DNA of 64,000 nucleotides. Source: an uncultured Gemmatimonadales bacterium. GTDB lineage: Bacteria > Gemmatimonadota > Gemmatimonadetes > Longimicrobiales > RSA9. The position numbers were made by a program, and so were the translations under genes. The stretch lies in NCBI GenBank assembly GCA_963708135.1, contig OY970192.1, positions 1,632,001 through 1,696,000 on the forward strand. The letters are read 5' to 3'. How positions within the stretch are numbered: the stretch's first letter is position 1; each line of letters opens with the position of its first letter. This document shows, one piece after another, positions 55,830 through 64,000 of the stretch. A model generated the notes under the pieces. That model made no database searches. It had not been told where the DNA came from and was given only the letters and a program-made list of their open reading frames with translations.

Positions 55830-56933
55830 CTACGCGGGCCGCGCCTGACGCGCGCTCCGTCGCGCCGGGGACCGGCGAGGCTGGGCGAGTCCACCCCGCG
55901 GCGGGCCGGCATCGGTCCAGCGCAGGACGCCGCCCTCGGCGCGCACTCGGCCAGCCTCGGCGTGGTCGCCGAGGGCCGGGACGAGCCGGAGGTCCAGCAC
56001 GCGGATCACGCCTGCCGCCACCACGAGCGCCACGTCCTCGGCCTCGGCCTCGAGAACGGGCCGGCGGAACACGGCCAGGTCCGCGCGCGCGCCGACCTCG
56101 AGCGAGGGTGGCGGCAGGCCGAGCCGGCGCGCGGCGGCGTCGCCCACGGCGTCGAGCAGCCGGGCGTCCGTGAGCGGGCCGAGACGGCGCGCGTGGCGCA
56201 GCTCGTCGAGCAGCGAGCCGGCGGCGGTGAGGCGCGAGTCGCTGCCGAGGAGCACGTCCACGCCGGAATCGAGCAGGGCCGCGGGCGCGGTCCGGCCGAG
56301 CAGGAAGAGGTTCGAGGTCGGGCACCAGACCACGGCTGCGCCCGCTTCGACCAGGCGCCGGGTGCCGTCCCCGTCCACGCCCACGGCGTGCACGGCCAGC
56401 AGGTCGGGCGTGAGCAGGTCGAGGCGGGCGAGCTCTCTCACTTCGTCGGCCGCGGCCTCGTTGGTGCCCTCCGCAAGGTGGATCGCGAGCGGCCCGCTCC
56501 CCGCCGCCGCCGCGCGCAGGTCCGGCTCGAATCCGAGGGAGTGGACGGAGCGGATGCGGGCCACGCGCAACGGCAGGCCGGCCTCGAGGTCCGGCTCCCA
56601 GCGGTCGTGGTGCACCACCGTCGTCACGCCCGCGAACAGGTTCTTCCAGGCGCCGCGCAGCAGTGCCTCCCGGCGAGGCACGCCGCGGCCGCGCGCAATG
56701 GCGTCCGCGCAGCGCGCATGGATGTCCCGCCCCCACGCGTAGGCATCCGGGTAGGGCGGCGCGCCGAGCCGGCCGTAGTGGTTGCGGTGCAGGTGGTCGT
56801 GCGCGTTGACCAGCCCGGGCCGCAGCTCGCCGCCCGGGATGCGGAGCACGACCTCGAAGCGCCCCTCCGGCGCGACGATGCGGCCGTCCTCCACGCCGAC
56901 CGCCGCGTTCGCCGCCTCCACGAGGAACCTCAT
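55830..56933 (-). CDS. Amidohydrolase family metallo-hydrolase/deaminase
   Basis: PGLVNAHDHL, GVTTVVHH, IHLAEG, AVHAV, CPTSN, LGSDS, GARADL. Confidence 0.87.
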   Translation of the reverse strand: MRFLVEAANAAVGVEDGRIVAPEGRFEVVLRIPGGELRPGLVNAHDHLHRNHYGRLGAPPYPDAYAWGRDIHARCADAIARGRGVPRREALLRGAWKNLFAGVTTVVHHDRWEPDLEAGLPLRVARIRSVHSLGFEPDLRAAAAGSGPLAIHLAEGTNEAAADEVRELARLDLLTPDLLAVHAVGVDGDGTRRLVEAGAAVVWCPTSNLFLLGRTAPAALLDSGVDVLLGSDSRLTAAGSLLDELRHARRLGPLTDARLLDAVGDAAARRLGLPPPSLEVGARADLAVFRRPVLEAEAEDVALVVAAGVIRVLDLRLVPALGDHAEAGRVRAEGGVLRWTDAGPPRGGLAQPRRSPARRSARQARPA

Positions 56934-57631
56934 GGCGGCCCCCGCCGGCGAAGCAGGAGGGCGAGCACCAGCGGCAGCCCGAGCTGCTGCGCGTACCGAT
57001 CGAGGCGGCCGGCCCGGGCGTAGAAGCCGCGCACCTCCGGACCGACGCGTCCCTCGACCGTGTCGAGCGGCTCGAGCCCCGCGCGCTCCGCGGCGGCGGC
57101 GTGCGCAGCCGCCGCGTGGACGTGGTGCTCGATCTCGACCAGCGCGCCGGCCTGGTCGCGGAAGGTGCGCCGGTGGCCGGCGGCCGCGGCGGCGGGATGG
57201 AAGTCGCTGACGAGCACCGCCCCGCCGGGGCCGCACACGCGGCCGAGCTCCGCGTAGGCGGTGGCCAGATCCGGCAGGTGGCCGAGCACGAGCCGGCACC
57301 AGACCAGGTCGAACGTGCCGTCCCGGAACGGGAGCCGCCGCACGTCCGCGGCCGCGAGCCGGCGCCCGCCCCGCCCCGTCGCGAGCATCTCCGGCGTGAG
57401 GTCGATGCCAACCGAGAGCGCGGCGCCGGAGCGCGGCAGCCGCCGTCCCGTGCCGCACCCGGCGTCGAGCAGCCGCCGCCCCTCCACCGCCGGCGAGAGG
57501 CGCCGCGCCACGCTCTCCTCGAGCCGGCTCACCGCCGTCTCCCGCGCGTAGCCGGGTGCCCACCGCCGGTACGCCTCGCGGGGGGCGAGGGGCGCGGCCG
57601 CCGCCGGGCCGGAAGCCGTCGGGGCGCTCAC
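56930..57631 (-). CDS. Class I SAM methyltransferase (BioC-like)
   Basis: AYRRWAPGY, LLDAGCGTG, GIDLTPEML, ADVRRLPF...FDLV, VSDFHP. Confidence 0.88.
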   Translation of the reverse strand: MSAPTASGPAAAAPLAPREAYRRWAPGYARETAVSRLEESVARRLSPAVEGRRLLDAGCGTGRRLPRSGAALSVGIDLTPEMLATGRGGRRLAAADVRRLPFRDGTFDLVWCRLVLGHLPDLATAYAELGRVCGPGGAVLVSDFHPAAAAAGHRRTFRDQAGALVEIEHHVHAAAAHAAAAERAGLEPLDTVEGRVGPEVRGFYARAGRLDRYAQQLGLPLVLALLLRRRGPP

Positions 57632-57689
57632 GCGCGACTCCGCCGTACGCCGCCGCCCCTGCCGGGCCCGACCCGCGGGGGTGCGCTCA

Positions 57690-59204
57690 TCACGGCGTCA
57701 CTGCCGCCGGCGGCCGCAGGTGACCGTACTGCTGGCGGTCCTCGGGCGGGATGGCGGCCCACCTGCGCACGGCGCGCAGCAGCCGCGGGTCCTCGAACTC
57801 GCCGCGCTCCCAGCGCCTGCGGGCGAGCACGCGAGCCAGAACGCGGCCCCAGCGGCGGACGCGCCGCTCGTGGACCGAGGGGAAGCGGCTGCGCAGCACG
57901 AGCTCGAAGTTGGCCACGCGGGCCTTGAGCCGCCGGTCGAGCCACGGCACCTCCGGATCCTCGTGGGTCATCCACGACACCCAGCGCGGCTCGATCCACT
58001 CCTCCAGCGTGTCGGGCGTGCCGGCGAGCGGGTCCACGTCGCCGTAGGTGCCGCGGCGCTGCGGCGTGGGCGTGTAGAAGTAGCGGATCAGCTCCATGTC
58101 CGGGTTCACCGCCTTCAGCCGGCGGATGAAGGCGAGCGTGTTCTCGATCTCGCGCTCCGGCTCGTCGGGGTCGCCGAAGACGAACGAGAATTCCGGCGTG
58201 ATGCCGTGCTCGCGCGTGCGGGCCGCCACCTCCAGAACCTGGGCGGTGGTGAGCTTCTTGTTCATCCGCCGGAGCACCTCGTCGGAGCCGGACTCCGCGC
58301 CGAAGAAGACCATGGAGAGCCCGGCGCGGCGGAGCAGCCGCAGCGTGTCATCCGAGAAGCGGAGCAGCGCGTCCACGCGCGACTCGCACCACCAGCGCAG
58401 CCCGAGCGGCGCGAGGCGCTCCGCCAGCTCGCGGGCGTGCGCCTCGGTCAGGAAGAAGTTGTTGTCGTAGAAGTGGACGGAGTCCATCCCGTGCGTCCGG
58501 GCCAGCCACGCCAGGTGCGCCGCCGTGCGCGCGGGCGCCTGCTGCTTCTCGCGGCTGCCGAACACGGACACCACGCCGCAGAAGCTGCAGGCGTACGGGC
58601 AGCCGATGGAGGCCTGGTAGACCCCCGAACGGCGGCCCAGGTGCGTCGGGTGAAGGTAGTCCGCCACGGGGATCCGGTCATACGGCGGGTCCGGCAGCGC
58701 GTCCGGCCCGATCCACGGCCGCTCCGGCCCGATCCGGTGCGTGCCGTCCGACTCCCGGAACGCCAGTCCCGCCACGGTGCGCGGGTCGCGCTGGCCATCC
58801 ACGACCTCCAGCAGCTCCACGAAGGTGCGCTCCCCCTGCCCCCGCACCGCGTAGTCGATGTAGGGTGCGTTCAGCACCGGGTGCGGGTAGAGCCCCGCGA
58901 AGTTGCCGCCCCACACGATCGGCAGGCGTGGATATCTCGCCTTGAGGCCGCGCGCGAGCGGCACCGCGGACACCAGCTGCGGACCCGGCATGACCGTGAA
59001 GGCGACGGCCTTCACCGGATCCGGCCCGCCCGCCGCCGCGTCGATGCGCGCCGCGAGCTCGCCCGCCACGTCCACGCCGGGGCGGTTGCCGTCCACGATG
59101 TCCCAGGATGTTCCCTCCGGAAGCGCCGCTCCCACGGCCATCACCGAGAGCGGAAAGCGACGGTTCGGCGGCCGCGTGGCCCGGGGATTCACGAGCAGGA
59201 TCAT
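57690..59204 (-). CDS. B12-binding domain radical SAM protein
   Basis: N-terminal cobalamin-binding Rossmann (FPLSV, IVWGG, VRGQGE); GCPYACSFC; FYDNNF; GAESGS. Confidence 0.92.
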   Translation of the reverse strand: MILLVNPRATRPPNRRFPLSVMAVGAALPEGTSWDIVDGNRPGVDVAGELAARIDAAAGGPDPVKAVAFTVMPGPQLVSAVPLARGLKARYPRLPIVWGGNFAGLYPHPVLNAPYIDYAVRGQGERTFVELLEVVDGQRDPRTVAGLAFRESDGTHRIGPERPWIGPDALPDPPYDRIPVADYLHPTHLGRRSGVYQASIGCPYACSFCGVVSVFGSREKQQAPARTAAHLAWLARTHGMDSVHFYDNNFFLTEAHARELAERLAPLGLRWWCESRVDALLRFSDDTLRLLRRAGLSMVFFGAESGSDEVLRRMNKKLTTAQVLEVAARTREHGITPEFSFVFGDPDEPEREIENTLAFIRRLKAVNPDMELIRYFYTPTPQRRGTYGDVDPLAGTPDTLEEWIEPRWVSWMTHEDPEVPWLDRRLKARVANFELVLRSRFPSVHERRVRRWGRVLARVLARRRWERGEFEDPRLLRAVRRWAAIPPEDRQQYGHLRPPAAVTP

Positions 59205-60013
59205 GGAACCGTCGCCTCCCAGAGGTCGAAGCGGGACGGGGCGCGCCGCCGCCGGAGCCGCGCCACCAGCGGCCGCGCCTCGTACCAGAGTGGATAGCGG
59301 ACGCGGCGGCGGCGCCAGCGGAGCCCGAGCGGGGCCGAGGCCTGCTCCAGGGTTCGGGCCGTCAGGAACTCGATGAACGGCAGGGTGAGGAGCGCCCCGG
59401 CCCGCGCCCCGAACCGGCCCGCGGCGTCCGCCCGCTTCTCCGCCACCATGCGCCGACCCGCTTCCTCATCGCGGTAGAACGGCGAGTCCAGGATCACGAC
59501 ACGCCCGCCCGGGCGCACCGCGCGCACCGCCTCGGCGAGGGCGCGCGGCAGGTCCAGCGCGTAGTGCAGCGACGCGTTGAAGACCGCCAGGTCGAAGCTC
59601 CACGGCCGCAGCGGCAGCGCCTCGAACGAGGCGACGATGGGGCGGACGCCTCCCCGCGCGCTCCCGGTGCGCGGCGCGGCGCCGAGCCCGTCCACGGCAT
59701 CGTCGCGCAGGTCGAGCGGCACGGCGTCGTGGCCGTCCAGCGCGGCGCGGCGGGCGAGCCAGCCGTTGCCGGCGCCCAGGTCGAGCAGCCGGAGCGGCGT
59801 TCCGCTCTCGCGTGCGAGCGGCCGGAGCACGTGCCGCAGGAACGCCTCGTAGCTTCGCGCACGCACCCGCCACTGCCGCGCCAGCGGACCACGCCGGAGG
59901 TAGGGCAGCACGTCCGCCTCGTGCCGCCCGCGCCCCCGCCCCTCCGCGGCGCGCTGCTCCGCATAAGCGCTCCGGAAGCCGGCCGGCGGCGATATCGGCG
60001 CGCGCGTGCTCAC
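59201..60013 (-). CDS. Class I SAM methyltransferase
   Basis: LLDLGAGNGWL, FEALPL...FDLAVFNASLHY, VRPGG; overlaps both neighbours. Confidence 0.87.
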   Translation of the reverse strand: MSTRAPISPPAGFRSAYAEQRAAEGRGRGRHEADVLPYLRRGPLARQWRVRARSYEAFLRHVLRPLARESGTPLRLLDLGAGNGWLARRAALDGHDAVPLDLRDDAVDGLGAAPRTGSARGGVRPIVASFEALPLRPWSFDLAVFNASLHYALDLPRALAEAVRAVRPGGRVVILDSPFYRDEEAGRRMVAEKRADAAGRFGARAGALLTLPFIEFLTARTLEQASAPLGLRWRRRRVRYPLWYEARPLVARLRRRRAPSRFDLWEATVP

Positions 60014-60837
60014 GGCGCCGCCTCCGTGGTGCGCGCAAGGTGGAAGAGCACGTGGTCGCCCAGGAGCGCCAGCGGCCGCGAGGCGACGCGGTCCAGCCGC
60101 TCGAGCGCGCCGAGCAGCCGCGGGTGGCGCGAGATCCACGGCTCGGCGGCGCTCGGGGGCACGAAGATGCCGATCCCCCGCACCGCGCGGAGCCGGAACC
60201 AGGGCTGGAACGCGCGCGCGACGGCCGCGGGCCGGTGGTACCGGACCGCGAAGTCGCGGCCGCCGAGCCGGGCCACCACGCTCCCCCGCCGCAGCCGGCG
60301 GACGGCCGCGGCCGGGCGGCGCCGCACGAGCTCGACGAGCGCCTCGCCGGGCGGGAACGTCCCGAACAGCACGAGCAGCGCGGGCGCCCCCGGCCGGAGC
60401 AGTCGGGCCAGCCCGCGCGCGACCGGGGCGAGGTCGGCAACGCAGTTGAGCGCGGCGAAGTTGGAGAACGCGCCGTCGAAGAGCGGCGCGCCTGCGCGGC
60501 GCGCGGCGAGTCCGTCCAGCGCCTCCGCGGCCGCGACCTGCGCCCCGCACCCCGCCATGCCTCCGAGCTTCCGCGCCGCGGTCTCCACCATGCGCGGGGC
60601 GGGATCCGTGACGAGCACGCGGCGACCCCGTTTCGCCAGCCAGAGCGCGTCCTCGCCGGTGCCGCCGCCCAGCTCGAGCAGGAGGGCGCCGGCGGGGAAC
60701 GCGGCCTCGAGGCGGCCGCGCACGGCGCGGCGTTGCGCGGCCACGCTGCGCCAGCCGCCGTAGCGCGCGTCGAACGCGTCCGCGATGGCGTCGAAGGCGC
60801 GGGCGGGCGGAGGCAGGATCGTCGCCTGAAGGCTCAT
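60010..60837 (-). CDS. Class I SAM methyltransferase
   Basis: AFDAIADAFD, LLELGGGTGEDA, TDPAPRM, FDGAFSNFAALNC, LRPG. Confidence 0.87.
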   Translation of the reverse strand: MSLQATILPPPARAFDAIADAFDARYGGWRSVAAQRRAVRGRLEAAFPAGALLLELGGGTGEDALWLAKRGRRVLVTDPAPRMVETAARKLGGMAGCGAQVAAAEALDGLAARRAGAPLFDGAFSNFAALNCVADLAPVARGLARLLRPGAPALLVLFGTFPPGEALVELVRRRPAAAVRRLRRGSVVARLGGRDFAVRYHRPAAVARAFQPWFRLRAVRGIGIFVPPSAAEPWISRHPRLLGALERLDRVASRPLALLGDHVLFHLARTTEAAP

Positions 60838-62234
60838 GTGCCGACGGCGAGCCGGATGGGGGCCGCGGAGCGGTGCAGCGGCTCCTCGGCGGCGAGGTTC
60901 GACCACGCGGCATCGTTCGCTCCGCAGCGGGCCTCGTCGTGGAGCGCGTCCCGGATGGCGCGGTAGAACGGGGTGGTGTAGGTGCCCTGGAAGAGCATCG
61001 CAAGCTCGTCCGTGTCCTGCCAGTTGCGGCGCGCGCCGAGCTGGGCGCGGACGGCGTCGTGGAACGGCGTGCCGGGCAGCGGATACGCCACGGAGACGCC
61101 AATGTCGTCGGGCCGCTCGTCGCGCACGAGGTCGCGCGTGGCGAGCAGGTCGTCCCAGGTCTCCGAGGGGTAGCCGAGCTGGAGGAACCAGCAGGCGCGG
61201 ATGCCGCGCGCCTTGAGGGTGCGGGTGGCGGCGCGCGCCTGCTCGACGCGGGTGCCCTTGTCCATGGCGTCGAGGATGTGCTGCGCGCCGGACTCGACGC
61301 CCATCCAGACCTCCTCGGCGCCGGCTTCCGCCAGGGCATCGACCACATCGGGCCGCATCAGGTTGACGCGCGACTGGATCATGAAGGGCGTGCGCGCCCG
61401 GCGACGCGTGACCTCGGCCGCGAAGTCGCGGATCCAGCCGGCGGTGAGGCCGAAGATGTCGTCGGCGAACCAGACGTGGTCCGGGCGGACTCGCTCCTTC
61501 AGCAGCCGCAGCTCCTCGGCCACGGAGGCGGGCGAGCGCTGGGCGTAGCGGCGGCCGAAGATCGGCTTCGCGCACCAGTTGCAGCCGTAGGGGCAGCCGC
61601 GCGACGTCACCACGTTCCACGACAGCCGGCCGTGGCTCCCGACCCACGCCGCCCGGTAGCGCTCGATGTCCACCAGGTCCCATGCGGGGAGCGGCAGCGC
61701 GTCCAGCTCCGTGAGCGCCGGGCGGCGCTCGCTGTAGCGCACCTTCCCTCCCCCGGCGGCGCGCGCGAGCCCCGGTACGTCGTCCGGCGCCGCGGCGGGG
61801 TCGCGCCGCCACAGCTCCGCCAGCTCGAGAAAGGTGGCCTCCGCCTCTCCCACCAGCACGGCATCCGCGCCCGCGGTCAGGTAAAGCGCGGGGCGGTCCA
61901 CGGCGTCGGACCCGTTCACCACCACGCGGCAGCCACGGTGCCGGGCCGCGCGCACCATGGCGAGCGTCGCCTCGCGCATGCGCAGCGTGCACATCTTCGT
62001 CAGGAAGTTGAAGTTGTCCTCGAGGATGCCGACGACGGCCGGCCGGTGCTCGTCGAGGGCGGCGTCGAAGGCCTCCAGTCCCGGCGCGAGCATGGCATCG
62101 AAGAAGGCGACGTCGTGCCCTGCCTCCCGCGCGAGCGCGGCCGCCAGCAGCGTGGCCAGCGGAGGATACGGCTTCATCCGCTCCCACTGCTTCGGGTCGT
62201 GGCGGAGGAAATAGGAGTGCGCGAGAAGGATCAC
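60834..62234 (-). CDS. B12-binding domain radical SAM protein
   Basis: PYPPLATL, VGEAE, TSRGCPYGCNWC, FADDIF, GVESGAQ, AYPLPGTPF. Confidence 0.92.
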   Translation of the reverse strand: MILLAHSYFLRHDPKQWERMKPYPPLATLLAAALAREAGHDVAFFDAMLAPGLEAFDAALDEHRPAVVGILEDNFNFLTKMCTLRMREATLAMVRAARHRGCRVVVNGSDAVDRPALYLTAGADAVLVGEAEATFLELAELWRRDPAAAPDDVPGLARAAGGGKVRYSERRPALTELDALPLPAWDLVDIERYRAAWVGSHGRLSWNVVTSRGCPYGCNWCAKPIFGRRYAQRSPASVAEELRLLKERVRPDHVWFADDIFGLTAGWIRDFAAEVTRRRARTPFMIQSRVNLMRPDVVDALAEAGAEEVWMGVESGAQHILDAMDKGTRVEQARAATRTLKARGIRACWFLQLGYPSETWDDLLATRDLVRDERPDDIGVSVAYPLPGTPFHDAVRAQLGARRNWQDTDELAMLFQGTYTTPFYRAIRDALHDEARCGANDAAWSNLAAEEPLHRSAAPIRLAVGT

Positions 62235-62389
62235 GGCGGCTCTCCGGCGGCGGTGCTCGGATGCGGGGCCTCGACCCGCGGGGGTGGCACCGCCGGAAAC
62301 CCGGTGATGGGCGTGGATGGTTCCTGGTGGGGGCAGGACGGGGGCACTGCGGGCAGGGAGCTGCGGGGCTTCGATCGGAGGAGGTGTGC

Positions 62390-63460
62390 GTGGCGGGAAG
62401 CTCGGTCGAGGTGGGGGCGCTCGGGCTGCGGGTGCGGTTCGAGTCGGAGGAGGCGGAGCTGCTGGCGGCGGCGCGGTCGGCGTACGGGCCGCCCCCGGGC
62501 GCGGATCGGCCGGAGGCGGCCGAGTCGCCCGCGGCGCGCATCCAGCTGCGGCTGGCGGAGGCGCCGCCGACCGGCGATCCCGGTCCCGCCGCCGCGTCCC
62601 GCGCGCCGCTCATCCGCGTGGCCGGGGACCGCCTCCTGATCACGCGCGGCGGCGGCATCCGCGCGGAAGCGGACGCGCGGGCGGGAACGGCGTGGGCCGC
62701 GGTGCCGGAGCGACTGCTGGAGGATCCCGCCACCCTCGCGGAGAGCGTGCTGGACACGCTCACGCTCTTCCTGCTCACGCGGCGCGGGAGGATCCCGGTG
62801 CACGCGGCGGCCTTCGTGCGCGGCGGCACGGCGGCGGTTCTCGCGGGGCGGAGCGGCAGCGGGAAGAGCACGCTCGCACTCCACGCCCTGCGCGCGGGGT
62901 GGCCCGTGCTGACGGACGACGCGGTCTACGTCCAGCTCCCGCCGGTGCCCCGCATCTGGGCGCTCCCCCGCCCCCTTCACGTCCTCCCCGGCGATCCGGC
63001 CGCGGCCGTGTCGCCGGAGCGCGCCGCGGCGGACCGCTCCAGCGGGCCGGGCCGCTCCGCCACGGACCCGGCTCCCGCCCTCACGCCGGGGCGGAACGGC
63101 GCCGTCGCGGACGCAGCCGCCTGGCCGGCCGGCAGGGTGCGCATGCGCCACGGGCGGCTCAAGCGCGCCATCCACGATCCGGGGCCCCGCGCCGAGGGGG
63201 GATCCGTCCCGGCTCGCCTCGACCACGCCGACCGCGCCGCTCTGTTCGTCCTGGAGCGGGGCGGCTCCGTCGCCCTCGCGCCACTCGGGATCGACGAGGC
63301 CGCGGCCGCGTTGGCCGGCGCGCTCGAGCCGGGCTTCGACGTGTTCCGCCATGCGTTGCCCGAGGCGGTCCGCGTCCTCGCCGCGGCCGGGGCGTGGCGG
63401 CTCACGCTGGGGCGCGATCCCGCGGCCGCGCTGCACGCGATCGCGGAGGTGCTGGGCTGA
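62390..63460 (+). CDS. HPr kinase-like P-loop protein
   Basis: RBS GGAGGAGG + GTG; VHAAAF...VLAGRSGSGKSTL...LTDDAV HprK-type motifs. Confidence 0.8.
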   Translation: MAGSSVEVGALGLRVRFESEEAELLAAARSAYGPPPGADRPEAAESPAARIQLRLAEAPPTGDPGPAAASRAPLIRVAGDRLLITRGGGIRAEADARAGTAWAAVPERLLEDPATLAESVLDTLTLFLLTRRGRIPVHAAAFVRGGTAAVLAGRSGSGKSTLALHALRAGWPVLTDDAVYVQLPPVPRIWALPRPLHVLPGDPAAAVSPERAAADRSSGPGRSATDPAPALTPGRNGAVADAAAWPAGRVRMRHGRLKRAIHDPGPRAEGGSVPARLDHADRAALFVLERGGSVALAPLGIDEAAAALAGALEPGFDVFRHALPEAVRVLAAAGAWRLTLGRDPAAALHAIAEVLG

Positions 63461-63568
63461 GCCGACGGCTCGCCGCGGCGCGGTGGCCAGCCGTGTCGTG
63501 GCGGACCGGTCGTGGGCCCCATCCGCGGCGCCGAGAGCCGATTGCCGGCGCCTTGTCTCCCGCCGCCT

Positions 63569-64000
63569 TCAGCGCTTCTCCGCCCCGAGCGCGCCCGCCC
63601 GCACGCGGATCCCCGCCCGCAGCGCGCTCTCCCGCCACCCGGCGCCCCGCTCGAGCGCGGCGCTGCCGAACGCCACCACGCCGTCCGGAGCGACCCACTC
63701 GACGTCCAGCGAGCCGCCCCGGCTCGTGCCCTGCCGGAGCGGCGAGAACAGGTTCTCCGGTCCGCGCCGCCGGTGGAACGCGCGCGCGGCCAGCTCGATC
63801 CCGCGCGGCAGCTCGATGCGGCCGTAGGCGAGCCACTGCACGCCCTCCCCGCCGAGCGGGTGGCCGAGCGGCACGCGCCCGTCGATCCACGGCAGCGCGG
63901 AGTGCCGGTACCACGGCGGGTTTCCGCAGCAGTGCCCGGCCAGGCTCGTCCGCTCCAGCCCCAGCGAGGCCGCGGGCGCGCCCGGCAGGGCGGGCAGCTC
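63569..64000 (-). CDS. Capsule assembly Wzi-like outer membrane protein, C-terminal part (5' end outside window)
   Basis: Frame open to the window edge: WYRH...GRVPLGHPLGGEG followed by amphipathic beta-strands. Confidence 0.6.
   Translation of the reverse strand, partial: ELPALPGAPAASLGLERTSLAGHCCGNPPWYRHSALPWIDGRVPLGHPLGGEGVQWLAYGRIELPRGIELAARAFHRRRGPENLFSPLRQGTSRGGSLDVEWVAPDGVVAFGSAALERGAGWRESALRAGIRVRAGALGAEKR

Noticed and set aside
57628..57999. Small ORFs around the rSAM genes as RiPP precursor peptides
   Set aside because: They overlap real CDSs, have Arg/Pro/Ala shadow composition, and show no leader/core pattern.

Overview
Very GC-rich bacterial chromosomal window. Taxonomy is inferred as Gemmatimonadota-like from a SusC/SusD pair in a high-GC genome, a PadR-ADOP permease, a VPS10-type hydrolase and a clade II nosZ. 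It holds about 55 CDS, a selenocysteine tRNA (selC, not in the ORF track) and several gene remnants. I found no integrase, transposase or CRISPR array. Main blocks: trxC/ArsR; a CusRS-like two-component system with a USP and a Met-rich lipoprotein; thyA-folA-sirtuin; selC; a Rieske-FAD reductase; DAK2-DegV; ridA; heptose kinase; mlaEFD; SusC/D; soxR divergent from an SDR + QueA-like operon; an AraC mini-regulon; an AlkZ-like glycosylase; a clade II nos operon (cyt c-nosZ-D-F-Y-B, no nosL) divergent from cupin/HxH membrane protein/Crp-Fnr; ClC; PadR-ADOP; a beta-barrel-cupredoxin fusion plus cupredoxin lipoprotein; and a cluster of 2 B12 radical SAM enzymes, 3 methyltransferases and an amidohydrolase flanked by FkbM-like, nucleotidyltransferase, HprK-like kinase and Wzi-like genes. 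Best candidates for undescribed systems: (1) the SoxR-controlled SDR + non-canonical QueA operon, (2) the B12-rSAM/methyltransferase cluster, (3) a Crp/Fnr TGTGA-N6-TCACA regulon linking N2O reductase to two paralogous cupin + small HxH membrane protein modules, (4) the outer-membrane barrel-cupredoxin module. All family calls come from motif recognition by eye; no database searches were run.
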